DNA of 61,748 bases, the filler included, from Kipferlia bialata (taxonomy: Eukaryota), in NCBI GenBank assembly GCA_003568945.1. It is 3 parts of 3 records of this genome, joined end to end, with 100 filler letters (N's around TTAATTAATTAA, not from the genome) between each part and the next. Parts side by side here need not be neighbours in the genome. Positions count along the whole stretch, not along the records: positions 1 to 24,101 come from BDIP01000237.1; 2 more parts are not named here. One strand, 5' to 3'. Below, piece after piece: positions 10,445 to 23,021 of this stretch. Within the stretch, counting starts at the first letter, position 1. Each line of letters begins with the position of its first letter. The notes under the pieces are model-generated. The model searched no databases. It saw only the letters and a list, made by a program, of their open reading frames with translations, and was not told the origin of the DNA. The translations under genes were made by a program, and so were the position numbers.

Positions 10445-12223
10445 ATGCCCCCCCGCATCCTGTTTGAGAACAGTGCCCCCCCCACCTCTGTTCTGCTGCC
10501 GTCCCAGAGTGTGGGTGTCCCGTCCTCTCCCCTCCACCCCCCTCACCGAGACCACACCCCGACCCCCTCCCAGAACCGGTCTGACACGGTTGAGGCACAG
10601 GGGGGTATGCAGTATCAGGAGTGGCAGCGACCATCGCGGCAGCCAGAGAGTGTACGACTACAGGGGACTACTATGGCAGGAAACCGGTTTCTCCAGGGTC
10701 ACTATGAGTCTTGTGTGTCCCATTTAGCCAGTATTCTGTCTCCCTGTTCGGCGCAGACCCCTAGATACGATGCTGTGTCACAGAACATCGTGTCACGGCT
10801 GCTGGGATCTCCCAAGTTGGACAGCGACAACTTCTCTTCCACCATTAGGGAGACGCTGCAGATCCCAGGTCAGCATCGCCCCCCTGCTGCACATTACAAG
10901 TATGATATGTATGGGTCTAGGGGGGGCACTGTCCCTGCTGACACCCACCGTCCGTCAGTCCCAGCTTCTGCACCAGCTGTGGCACCGTATGCAGCCATGT
11001 CCCATATGTCCCATATGTCCCAGATGCCGCAGATGCCCCCACCAAGTTCCCGATGTGACACCCCCACGAGACAGGCGGACCCTGCCTATGCATTGACATA
11101 TGCATTGACATATGATATGACATATGATATGACATTGGGCACATCGAGATGGGATGGAAGACAGGCCTCTGTGCCGGGGTCCGTGGCCGCTGTGTCCCAG
11201 GTGCAGCCCATCCCTTATACTACTCAGGGCAGCCATGGCCCACTGCCTGCACTGGGTGGGGAGACTGGTCTGCCCCCGGCTGCCTTTCGAACGCTGGAGA
11301 GAGCCTCTGTCAGGCATCGGGAGCTGGCCAAGGCGCTCTTGGCCCACAGAAGCTCGTCCCTCACCCCGAGGGGCCATGTACATGGACTGGGAGAGGGGGT
11401 GTCCACTGCACAGGATGTGCCCCCCCACCTGAGTCAGCCCGGGGGGGAGGGGACCCGGTACGTACCCAGCGTGACTGATACTCTGTCGCAGGGGGTGACG
11501 GGCACCGACCCTACCGAGTCCAGTCCCCATGCCTCTGCCTCTGCCTCTGGTCTCAGTGACAGGGGGGTGGGCATGCAGTCTCTGACTGAGGCAGCACCCG
11601 GCCTTCCCCCAGCCATGCCACGTGGCCATCGGGGTGTGCCGGTGTCCGTGCGTCAGAGTGCATCCCACCCGACAAGGGGGCCATCACCTGGGGGGTCACG
11701 CCCGTCTGCGTCTGGGCCTGTGCCTGGTCTCCACACCCTGCTGGCCATGCCCATGAATGATGAAAACAGAGGCAGGGGCATGGGGGGTATCCACACCGCT
11801 CCCAGCAGTGCTCTATCAAGACCCCCCCTGGGTATAGATACTGGCACTGTCCACACATCCTCCCAGGATGGGGAAGAGCACCCCCGTAATGCACAGGGAC
11901 AGCGGACGGTCCACGCATTCAAGGACACTCGCCCTGCCCCTCTATCGGCCACATATGGGGGTCCCTACACGGAGAGAGAGAGGGAAGGGTGGTCTGGTGG
12001 TGCCACATATAGTGACACAAGCCGGGGGGCAGAGATGGGGCTCAGCCTGCAGGGGCCCAACAGCCCTGCCCGTGTACCCAAGTCCCTTATGTACACCGCC
12101 CCCCCCTCCCACTCTCACCAGGATGGCACCTTCGATAGGGGCATGTCGCTTGGCCTCACTGGGCATAGAGAGTCTGCGCGGCTGGTGAAGAGTCTTGACC
12201 TCTCTCACTTTGTGGTGGGCTAG
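10445..12223 (+). CDS. Hypothetical low-complexity P/S/G-rich protein (592 aa)
   Basis: Long uninterrupted ORF between the NIF3-like gene (head-to-head) and clathrin (tail-to-tail). No recognisable domain. Confidence 0.55.
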   Translation: MPPRILFENSAPPTSVLLPSQSVGVPSSPLHPPHRDHTPTPSQNRSDTVEAQGGMQYQEWQRPSRQPESVRLQGTTMAGNRFLQGHYESCVSHLASILSPCSAQTPRYDAVSQNIVSRLLGSPKLDSDNFSSTIRETLQIPGQHRPPAAHYKYDMYGSRGGTVPADTHRPSVPASAPAVAPYAAMSHMSHMSQMPQMPPPSSRCDTPTRQADPAYALTYALTYDMTYDMTLGTSRWDGRQASVPGSVAAVSQVQPIPYTTQGSHGPLPALGGETGLPPAAFRTLERASVRHRELAKALLAHRSSSLTPRGHVHGLGEGVSTAQDVPPHLSQPGGEGTRYVPSVTDTLSQGVTGTDPTESSPHASASASGLSDRGVGMQSLTEAAPGLPPAMPRGHRGVPVSVRQSASHPTRGPSPGGSRPSASGPVPGLHTLLAMPMNDENRGRGMGGIHTAPSSALSRPPLGIDTGTVHTSSQDGEEHPRNAQGQRTVHAFKDTRPAPLSATYGGPYTEREREGWSGGATYSDTSRGAEMGLSLQGPNSPARVPKSLMYTAPPSHSHQDGTFDRGMSLGLTGHRESARLVKSLDLSHFVVG

Positions 12224-12323
12224 AGATCCAATAGATATTAGAGAGCTGTTTGGTATTAAAGAGGAGTATGTACACAAGACAATGACGGTGAAACTAACTA
12301 TTCTATTCTAAACACGTTCATCT

Positions 12324-15300
12324 TCACACAAAGGCGCCTCCGAACCCGTCAGCCTGTCCGTCCTGGGTGGTCCAGTCCTCAGCCGGGGCCTGGGTCTCTC
12401 CCTCGAAGGTGTTCCACTCGTCCTGGGCCTCGGGGGCAGGGCTGGCGCCTGGGGCCTCGGGGGCCACGGCCTCCTTAGCAGCGGCCTGCCTGTCCTGGAG
12501 GTCCTTCTGCAGCACCCCGATGGTCCTGTGCATGTTGCCGAGGTACCTGATGATGAAGGGCATGGCGTAGTCAGACAGCCCGTGCCTCCAGGCAAGCTCA
12601 ATGGCGGTCTCGGGGGCAATCAGGTCGAAGCAGGACATGAGGCAGGCAGAGAAGCACTCCTTGCGCACACCAGCCAGCCTCTCGGCGGGCACAACCTCCA
12701 GAGGGTCCTCCACAAAGGTGCAGAGCAGCTTCTCGGCAATGGCAGCGTCGCCACTCTGCCTGGCGGTGCCCATGGCGTCCTGGAAGAGGCCATCGCGGAT
12801 GGACAGCTCGATGGCAGAGGCGTAGCGCTTGTTCTGAGAGTAGAGATCCACTGCAATGCGGCGGAAGAACACCAGATCATGCCTCTCCAGCCTACGAGCC
12901 AGGGCGATCTGCTCGAAGGACGTGTGGTCCCTGACGTGCTGGGCAAGGGCCTCGAAGTCGCCCTCGGCGATGTAGAGGTCGGTCAGGGCCTCGTTGACGG
13001 CAGGGACGTCCTTGTCGACAATCTGCAGGAGGTAGGGCTTGAGCAGGAACAGGGAGTCGGAGGAGCGGGCCAGAGACACCAGCTGGGAGGGGTCAAGCTG
13101 GGCCTCGGCAGCAGGGAGGAGGTCCAGGGTGAGGGAGGGCTGGGTGGAGAGGTAGAAGCCAAACACCCTGTACAGAAGGTCCCTGGAGGCAATGTGGGCC
13201 AGGCAAGTCTTGATCTTGCCGTGGTCGAAGGCCACGCCACTCCTCTCGATCATGGTGGCCACGGCGCTGTCCCACTCCTCGTAGGCAATGTACAGCACTA
13301 CAAGCTCGGACCAGAGGTGGCACTTCTGCACCGTCTTGATGAGGATGGCCAGGTTGCAGTCAGCACCGTGGGTCTGGATCAGCCCCATGAGGGACTCGGG
13401 GCGGAACTTGGCGTACAGAACACCCAGCTCGGTGTACACACCGACATGGGCACGCTCATGCTCGAGAGAGCCCTCGAGCAGCTCCATGAGCTCGTTGACG
13501 TGGCCCCTCTGCTCATAGAAGGAAATGAGCCTGGGCAGCTCGTCGGCGTTGACCACAATGTGCAGTCCAGCCAGGCGAGCCAGACGGAACTCCTCAACCT
13601 CCACACAGGCCTTGTTCACCTCGATCCAAGAGCGGAGAGAGGAGGCGCGGCGGGCAGCGTCGACAGCGGCACGGTGGTCTCCGATCTTGAGAAGGCAGGT
13701 GGTGAGGTCAGCGAAGTTGGAGATGGACTGGAAGAGGATGCGGGCGGCCTCGTACATCTCCTCACTCAGACACCTGTCTCCGATCTGCTGCACCCTGGCC
13801 AGGTTGGGGGAGACAAGGAGCTCCTCGAGGTCGGCGAGGCGGTTAAGCCTGGCCAGAGTGAAGGCGTACTCAGTGTCAACGCCACTGTCCTTGACGCGGG
13901 AGCGGCACATCCTGAGGTAGGGGATCAGGGCCTCATATGCATTGGCCTCGTGGGCAGCGGCAATGACGGCGGCGTGGGAGTCGGAGTTCTCGCCCTTGAT
14001 GAAGCAAGTGATGGCGGCCTCCACGTCGGGCACGGCCAGCATGGCCTGGGCAATCTGGGTCCACACCTCAGGCAGGTTGACGGTCTCGGCATACTCCTGG
14101 GCCCTCTCCATACCCAGGTGCTGCAGCATCACGTTCACGGCCTCGGCGTGCTTGTTGAACTTCTGGTAGATGCAGAAGGCCTCCTCGTACAGACCGGTCT
14201 TGACGGCAATGCCAGCAATCACAGGGCCATCATAGGCGTCCAGGCGCTTGATGTAGGGCATCACCTTCTCCTTGTCGGACTTGATGACGGTGATGATCAG
14301 CAGGCTCTGCAGACTGCCGTTGGCGGCAAACTCGGAGCCGGGGTGGAGCACGATCTGCTCGAGCAGCTCGATGAGCCTGTCTGGGATGTTGGCGTCAATG
14401 AAGGCCTTAACGGTGGCGGAGATCTGCTCGGAGGACTCAGAGGAAGGCAGGGCCACGGCAATCACCTGGTCGATCAGGGAGGAACGGTTCTCGTTCTCCT
14501 CGGACAGACACTGGGCCCAGAGGCCAAAGTCCTTGCGACGGACAAGCTCACGGGAGAGCTGCTTGAAGAGAGAGTGCTCGTTGGCAACGCGCACCATGTC
14601 CTCGGAGCAGGAGGGGTCGGTACGGAAGGCCAGGAAGGCGAGGTGGGGGTCGCGCCTCTCACAGTACCTGCCGACATCTGCGTGGGAGTAGTACTTGTTG
14701 GACTCGAGCATGGCCTCGAGGGAGGGGTCGTTCTCCTCGGCCAGCACCATGAGGATGCCGGTGTGGGTGCCCTCATCAGTGGCACCCTCGTCACGCCTCC
14801 TCTCAAGCATGGGCTTCAGCAGCTTCAGCCTGTGGCGCTCCTGGGTCACCTTGACCAGCTCGGGCACGTCGCAGAGGGTGCGCACGTCCAGGCAGAGCTC
14901 ACGGACAAAGGCGTCCTCGGCACCATAGTCCAGCAGGGCAGCCACCACCTGGGGGGTCTTCTGGGGGCTGAACCTGGTGCAGTATGAGTGCACGGCCTTG
15001 TTCTGGTGGGTGCGAAGCAGGTGCTGCACCAACTCGGCCACATACCCAAAGCGGTCACACACGATGGTGAGGGGGGCGAGGTCGGGCAGGGAGGCGTCGA
15101 GCAGGAAGTCGCGGGCACGGTCGCCCTCGAGGAACTGGGACTCGCGGCAGATGCGCTCGAGCTCCCTGGTGTTGCCTGTGTAGGAGCAAGCCTCGAGGTA
15201 CCTGTAGTGCACCTCGGGCTCCTCGGACAGATCCACAATCGAGCCAAGGTAGTAGAACAGGGCCTCCTGGGAGTCGTACTTCAGGAACATGCGCATGATC

Positions 15301-17492
15301 TCGGCAGACGAGTTGGCGCCCAGCTTGATGCAGGCCTTGATGACGTGGTTGAGGTTGGCCGTGGTGTTGACGGCCAGCATCTCCTTGCACACAGCCACAA
15401 CGGCCTCGGGCTCCTGGGTGCCGGCCCAGGTCTCGAAGAACTCGATGCCGATGTGGGAGGTGTTAACGGCAACACGGACCAGGTCAGCAGGGGCAGAGTA
15501 CAGCTCGAGGGCACGCTCGAAGAGCTGGGCCTCCTCGCACATCTCAGCAATGAGCTTGCGGTCAAAGTGCACCAGGCGCCTCTTGGAGATGATGGCGTTG
15601 GCCACCTCGGGCTGGGACTTGATGTTGACCTCGAGGATCTTGGTCTGGATGTCGGCGGTGGACTCGTCGAACTCGTGCTGCTTGCACACCTGCAGGAGCA
15701 CTCCTGTGGCCTCCTTGGACAGACCGCGGGACACAAACACCTCCACGACGTCGTCCAGAGACACCTGGGCCTCGTCCTCCCCAAACAGAATGCGGTGGGC
15801 AAGCTCAGCTCCCTGGGTGGGGCTGCGCTCCACAACACGCTCTAAGATACGCTTGAGGTCGGGCTGGTAGTTGACCCTGCGGGAGTACTCGAACACCTTG
15901 TCGAACTCGCCCTGGGCAGCCATGAAGATGACGGCCTTCTCGTGGGCACCGCCCTGCACGTAGATCTTGCACGCCTCCATCTCAAGCCCGGCCTGCATGC
16001 AGATGTCGCCAAGGGCCTCGGACCCAGTCAGCCTGTTCTCGTCGATGAAGCGCTTGAGGAGCTCCTTCTTGCCCTGCTGCAGAATGAGTCTGGCCAGCTC
16101 CACAGACTCGTAGTCCTCGAGGGCGCTGGTCTCCATCAGCTTGTGGAAGTAGCGGAAGGTGGCGGTCTGGTCGGGGGCAGAGCGGAACCTCTGCAGCGTG
16201 TTCCTGTTACGCAGCACGGTGGGGGGGGCACCCAGCACGGCGTCGATGGCCTCGTTGTAGTTGCCGGAGGAGAAGTGGCGCTCGAACTGAGACACGAAGA
16301 GCTCGTTGGCACCCTGGAGTCCTGCCTTAGCAGCAAGGCGCAGAGCACAGTCCTGGTTTCCGAGCCTTCTCAGCACGTAGGGCACGACAGTCTGCTCGTT
16401 CACAACCACACGCACGATCTTCCCCTCAGAGGAGGCGCCGACAAAGCCCACTGCGGGCACACCCACTGGAGCGAGGGCAAAGAGGAAGGACTGGTCGCTG
16501 GACAGACCGGGGACCCTGCCGCGGTACAGGAGGGTGCCAGCTGTCACCTCGTGCACGTAGAGGATACCGAGCTTAGTGACCATGTAAGTGAGACCGTACT
16601 TGTGAGCACACACGACGAACAGAGGGAAGTCCATCTGCCCGGGCTGCATCTGGAGGGTCACGGCACTCTTCTGGAAACCAGAGGTGGAGGACCCGTCGGG
16701 GTTCTTCTGGCCACCAATCTCCAGGAGACGGAGCTGGGTGGTGCCACTAATCTGGCAACCTAGGGCGACGATGGTGGCCTCGGGCATACCGGGGGCCTTC
16801 TGCCATGTGGTGAAGGCAGCAGCGTGGCCGGGGATGACCTGGCTGCGCTTAGCAGCCATGGAGTGGAGCTGAGTGTGTCCTGTGACGACACCCTCCACGA
16901 CAGAGATGCCAGTCAGAAGGGACCACTGCTTGTCAGCAGACACGTCATATGAGGTGATCTTAGCTCCCTGGAGCTTAGAGTCGCGGGAGAAGAGTCTCTC
17001 AAACTTGGCCTCAATATCCCAGTGGTACACAGCTGTCTCAGTCACGACAACAAGGTTGGTCTCGTCAAGAAATCTCCAAAACACGACGCTCTCAGTGAGG
17101 GTCTGGTTGGCCAGGTGCTTCTTAGCTCCCAAGTCGACAACCTGCATCTGGGACCCGGCACGCACAGCCACCACCTTCTTGGAGGGGTGCATGATGGCAG
17201 ACTCAGCAGACATGTTGAATGACGAAACCGAGTCACTCTCGATATCCACCAGAACCAGCCGAGGCTTCTCACCAGACTCGTCTCTCACACATGCGTACTT
17301 CTCAGAAGAAATTGAGAGCGATGCGAACTTGAAAGACGACTCAGAGAGGCCATGGGCAACAAGCTGACGTTAAAACAGTAATACAATATGACAACAAGGC
17401 ATTTCCCGAATAATTACTCCCAAACGATTTAAAAAACAAGAAGCACTTACATCATTGACTGTCTCAAAATCCAAGATGGATGAAGAAGCCAT
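12324..17492 (-). CDS. CHC: Clathrin heavy chain (~1693 aa; single intron 17364-17450)
   Basis: Exon 1 MASSSILDFETVND joins LVAHGLSESSFKFASLSISSEKYACVRD. Motifs SAESAIMHP, YCERRDPHLAFLA, LEHERAHVGVYTELGVLYAKF and ELAWRHGLSDYAMPFII. Confidence 0.99.
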
Positions 17493-17722
17493 TCGCTGAT
17501 TCAGCGTGAAGACCTCGCTTCTCTTGCGGTCAATTGGCTTGAGAGAAGACAGAGGTTCAGTTTGATTATCGCATGTTTTTGAATTGAATTTGAGAGTCTA
17601 GCGTGGGTTCAATGGTATAAGTCATATTCGTCATATTAGTCTATTCCATATAACTGATGTCTGGACGTTTCGCTCTACATTAAGGAGGAGGCAGGCTCCC
17701 TCTTGCTACCAAGCGCACGTGG

Positions 17723-19609
17723 ATGAGTCATGTCATTCGTGACTCAGTGTCACTACAGCAGCTTGCGATACTCTCAGCCCCAGTTCTACTTGGCAAGTGA
17801 GTTTTTGTGATGACATGTAAGTGTATCCCAGAGTGTCTCTGATGTTCAGTGTCATGTGGAGTTTGAGCGGCATGTATACGACAGAGGCCCTTGCTCACAT
17901 CAACCCAGATGTATTGGCGTCGTATTCCCTTCCAGCCCAGACTCTTAGTGCTCTAGGTTGGATATCTGTGTTTATAACGTCGTCTACATCCAATGTTGTG
18001 GCCTCTTCCCTATGCTTTGGGGCTGCTTCTCTCAAACGGGCCTCGATGATATGTGTGCGGGTAGGAGTGCAGCAGCCGTTGTGCTGACCCTCCTGTTCGC
18101 ATTCATCACCCCATGGCTCATGAAGGTACAATACTCTATTATTGTACTGAACAAATGCCAGTGAAAGCAGTATTGTCTGTTTTATGTATGAATGTACCGT
18201 GCGTATCTCTATGTGTGTACCTGGTCTTTTCCTCACCCAGTCGGTGCCGGAGTCTATATCCATTGACTGTCAGAGGGTCTTCCACCTCTTCTGGCTTGCC
18301 CTTCCCCTTCAGAGTCTGGAGAAGGTTGCTCTGGGTCTCATAGTTGGCCATGGATACACGTCCATATCGTTCGGCCTTCAGGTAAGACTGGACTGGGCGT
18401 AGACATCTATTCCATGAGTTCCTACCACAGTTTGTTGACATGTCTGTACAAGTGGCCTCGGTTGGGCTAGGGGTAGATCGGCTTGGGCTGTATGCCCCTG
18501 TCCTTGGCACGGTTCTGTCTGCTGCCTGTGGGTGCTGTCTGCGTGTGTGGCCTGGATCGTGCACAGGAGGTAGGGTCCTGTGAGACGCTGGCATGTCTCG
18601 CATATTGAATCTATACGTTCATATACATGTACAATTGCCTTTCTCTTCTGAACCCAGGGGAATGCGAGAGGCCCGGGACTGCCGACTGCTACCCCCCTCT
18701 GACTCTGACACTGACACTGATACTGATGCACCAGTCGCTGGGTCAGCAGCGGAACAGAGGGCCACAACTGTTAAGGGCTCCATTGGTTCCTACTATACTC
18801 GGCTTTCGGTCCATATGACGATCACTAATGCCTGTCTGCAAGGTATGACTCATACTGTCTGATGGTGATTGGCGGGGCTGGTACTCCTTTCAGTCCTTTG
18901 AGTGGTATTCTATTCTTTTACCTGACTGTCAGTTAGTACAACGCTTCTGTCTATCCTATCCCTGCGCCTCTCTACCCTGGATGCCGCGGCTGCTGCTCTG
19001 TACATGAGCATTCTGACGGTGGGTGACATCTTCGTCGGTACCCATGGATAGTAGTGTGTTATAGGATGGGCATTGATACTCTTGAGTAGTGATATTGTTT
19101 CGGATACTCACTCACAGGTGTGTGTTGCCTTCTATGATGCTGTTGGGAATGTGGCCTCCTTTGTGAGTGCCTCTCTTATGGCACAGGGCGGCAGACTGAC
19201 TGACTTTGTGCGTCTGGCGTCTAAGTCGACCTCCTGTCTGGGGGCGCTCTCAGTGATAGCTGTCGTGGCCTTGAAGCCAGTCCTCGTGGCAGGTCTCACC
19301 GACGATCCCTCTGTGCAGCAGGCCCTCTCCTCTGTCTACTGGTGGCTGGTCCCAGACATTGTGGCCAAGACCCTCACCGAGGCCAGGATAGGGCTGTTCT
19401 ACGGGGCAGGACACCCGGAAGCCAGCTCTCTTCTCTCAGCCATTCCTCTAATTATCTACTTACCATTGCTCTTGTTCTGGGGAAAGTCTAGCTTTTCTTC
19501 TCTTCAGGTTGTGTTGGCATACAAGTTGGGATATGATTTGTCGAGAGGGGTGTTCTTGGCGTTGGAGGGTTGTTACATCTTTGGAAGTAATGGCTTGTGG
19601 TTGCTATGA
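17723..19609 (+). CDS. Divergent MATE/MOP-family multi-pass transporter, multi-exon
   Basis: Start MSHVIRDSVSLQQLAILSAPVLLGN...EALAHINPDVLASYSL resembles a MATE TM1-TM2. Many hydrophobic exons; last exon has LTDDPSVQQALSSVY and GLFYGAG. Confidence 0.6.
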
Positions 19610-20096
19610 TGCTGTTGGACTGGTTGGAGATGCTCATGTATATCGGTCTCAGTATCCTGTATCATTCAGGTCCAGTGGTACTGTGCCAGTATATATGTGT
19701 ATATATATCTGTGTATTCCGTGGGAATCACAGCCGTGATATATTTGTGAGTATATAGATGGTTAGCCGTAAATTGGTGTAACGACCACCAGTGAATATAG
19801 ATCTACTAGTATTACCATAGAACGTTGTTCTCATCCTTCTCACAATAATATATTGGTTTATTCAATAAACTTTACGTTAGGGAAGGTAAAGCCCCTGATG
19901 AGCGACGGGATGTGCTCCAACAGCATCAAGGATGAGATGACCTCTAGGTTAGAGGAGGGGAGGGACCTCAACTCCCAGCAGTGTGGGTTCAGCGAGTAGT
20001 AGTCAACGTGAACCCTTTTGCATTTTTGTAACAACAAAGGGTGCGGTAATGCAAACACTGTGTCGTCGCGAGACAGACTATCAAACAGTCCCGAGT

Positions 20097-20668
20097 ATGG
20101 TGAGTCTCCCAGTCTGCAATTGTAACCCAGTAGCCTCTGCTAATATTGCGATCGCATAATCCGGAACTCTTACTTTTTTCTCGTTGTTGTCGTGTATTTC
20201 ATTGTTTCGTTGTAGTTGTCACGATTTTCAGTGCTCTTTCGGTACATGCTTACCCTTCAGTCCGGAATTGAGATCGACGCAGAGTGCCTTCGCATCTATG
20301 AGGAGCAGAAGATGCGCCACCAGTACGTGTGGACTGTTTACCGCATCAACCCCGAGATGACACTCGTTGTTCCCGTTGCCCAGGGTGGCCCTGACGCCAC
20401 CTTCGAGGACTTCTGCAAGGAGCTCCCCGAGGAGGACTGCCGTTTTGCCGTGTACGACGCCGAGTACACTGACAACGACGGCAACTCCCGCAAGCGCCTG
20501 TGCTTTGTCATGTGGAACCCCGACAACGCCAGGGTCAGGTCCAAGATGATCTACTCTGCCACCCAGAGGGGATTCCTCCAGAACCTGACTGGAGTCGACA
20601 CCATCTTCCAGGCCACTGACGCCGGCGACCTTGTGTACGCTGACCTTGCCGCCAAGTGCAAGAAGTAG
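20097..20668 (+). CDS. Cofilin/actin-depolymerising factor (136 aa; exon 1 is ATG only, intron 20100-20260)
   Basis: MSGIEIDAEC...LPEEDCRFAVYD...KRLCFVMWNPDNARVRSKMIYSAT...FQATD. Confidence 0.97.
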
Positions 20669-20933
20669 AGAGGCTTCGTGAACAGCCTTCATTGAGTATA
20701 TGTCTTGTTGCAATGTGTCTGGTTGGATGTTGCCCGGTGGGATGAATATATTTCGTGTTGGGATATTGTAAGCATTATTTGCAAGCACTACTATATGTTT
20801 GCACAAAGCACTGTAGAGTCACTAGGCCTAACTTGTTGGGAGAACAGTGCTCTATTATTCAACAACTTGAGAGAAACTGCACCCAAAGGGACTGGCTGTG
20901 TCGCCAGTATTATCCATGCCGGTTGTGTCAGTG

Positions 20934-21933
20934 TCAGTGACTGCCTTCCCGGCCATCTGCTGATACCTGGGGTTGGGGCGCAACACTGACAGTGTCAGTG
21001 ACACACCTAACATATATACGCATAGAAAAACCAATACATGCACACACGCACCTGCCCGGCACCTCCGACCCCAGATGGATGTGGGACAGCGGCAGGGGGT
21101 ATCCTTCTGGGGAGGACAGCCATCGTCTGGCTCCATCTATACTGCATGAGAATGATGGAAATGAAGAGGCCCAGAGTAAACATGTAAATGGTGTGTGACA
21201 AACGTACCCCTCTGCGACCGCTGGGACAGATATACCCCACACAGAGTGCACGAAGAGACCCGCCTCATCCCCCACATGTGGGGGGAGAGGGGGGTGGCAT
21301 GCGGTGGGGGGTTGCAGGGAGACCACGAGGGCACACACCACAGCCAGGCACAGGCCACCAGCACCGGTCTGTGTGTCTGATCCTTGCACAGTACGGGCTG
21401 TGGATGTGGTCCAGGTTCCCTTGGGGACGGCATGTGCGACAACTAGCAACCTGAGGATAGGGCAGTTGAGTGACAGCACAGAGACATAGACCCACCTGTG
21501 TCCAGCTGGCAAGGCATCCTTAGTCCTGGCCCCACACTCCTTCATGTGCCGTAGCACCGCTGCGATATCAACAGAACGGGATTTATCCAACACAGCCACG
21601 GAGTGCTTGAGAGAGTATACTACCTGAGAGTGAGATGATAATACAGAAAAGGTCAGTGAACCGTCTGTAGTACCCTGCGAACCTGCAACCTACCTTATCC
21701 ACCCGATCCCAGTGAGGCCTGAGCCTGATGCCCACCGTGCCGCTCTGATGGAACACTCGGTGGTCCTGCTCTCCCTGTCTGTCCCCAGACACATAGCTGT
21801 AGCCACACACCCGACAGGTCCTGGGCCCCTTCACTATGAATGAGCCCAGACTGCTCTGACGCTGGCTCTGCTTCCTCCCCCCCTTGCGACTCTGACTACC
21901 TGCACTGGACTTCCTCTTTCCAACCTTCGCCAT
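20934..21933 (-). CDS. Divergent Eco1/ESCO cohesin acetyltransferase-like protein (5 exons)
   Basis: PIP-like QSSLGSF precedes the ESCO-type Zn finger TCRVCGYSY...DHRVFH. The C-terminal FVHSVW...IDGARRW...GYPLPLSHI loosely matches the ESCO GNAT tail. Exon phases are consistent. Confidence 0.6.
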
Positions 21934-22585
21934 GCAGCTCTGGAGACTTCCACACCAGGACTCCTTTCTCCAATGAAGGACAGATGTCCACTTCAGGTGA
22001 ACCCTTATTCCCATATTATCTTACTCGATTTGCTCAGAATTGTTGGATCCTTGATATTGACAGTGACTGGTGTCGTGTATGCAATAGGTTAGAGACAATG
22101 TGGAAACACGTGTATGCAGGAAGAACTACGTTCCTTCCATACATAGACAATTATTGGGGAATAGCTATCTATAGTCTTGAGACTCAATCGTGTACCTCAG
22201 AGTATCACCCATCTTCTAGACATGACCGACGACATACACACTGAAGTACTAAAGCCAGAAGGATCCACAACCTGACTAGGGTAACAGGGAAAGGGAATGC
22301 CCTATAGAGACCATATCCTAATAACATACTGGTGCTGGACGGCAACCGTCGACTGCAGCAGGGGGTACACATATGATGCCTGCCTTGACGTTCAATCTTG
22401 ACACACAGCCACCAGAGGTCATACAGCCAAGAAGAGGGACACAACAGCAGCACGAGCGTTGAATGCCATAACATGAACATACATGCCACTGGATCATGCC
22501 ACTGGATCATCACGTGGATGGTCGACACTCCATACCAGGTCCTGATGCTCACTGACACTGACACTTCATGTCACTGGCAGCACAG

Positions 22586-22860
22586 TCACTCCGGGTTGGA
22601 TGTCGTGATGGCCACAAACTCCTTTCGGATCTGCTTCACCAGAAGAGCAAAGTCGTTTCCACCGTTTGCTGCCTCCAGGATTGACTTGAGCCGCAACTGG
22701 GGAATGGGGTGAGAGGTCTCTGTCACGACAAACCGCTGACCCGAGTCATTGCTGAGAGAGAGCACGAACCAATACTCGGCCCCCACGTCCGCTCTGTCTA
22801 TGTGGGTGAAGGTCATCTTGAGCGAGGAGTCTGGTGGTAGAGATGTGGTAGAAGCATCAA
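22586..22860 (-). CDS. Spc25-like RWD domain terminal exon (Ndc80 kinetochore complex)
   Basis: LKMTFTHIDRADVGAEYWFVLSL...FVVTETSHPIPQL...AANGGNDFALLVKQIRKEF resembles the Spc25 pattern LKFxFxxID...FxFxL...NDFxxFLxxxRxxF. Confidence 0.75.
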
Positions 22861-23021
22861 CTGGGGGGGGGGGGGGGGGGGTTTTTTTTTTTAAAAAAAA
22901 AAAAAAAGGAAGGGGGGGGGGGGGGGGGGGGGGGGTAAGACTAAGTATCCCCATCATCAGACAGCAGCGCAGGTGTCCCCTCCCTCTACACATATACATA
23001 TACACATATGGCTGTCCATAC

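Noticed and set aside
11085..11135. 12-nt tandem repeats (YALTYALTYDMTYDMT) in the 592-aa ORF
   Set aside because: In-frame slippage duplications with no evidence of function.
12528..16763. Long antisense ORFs (819, 285 and 273 aa) opposite clathrin
   Set aside because: Shadow ORFs produced by strong codon bias.
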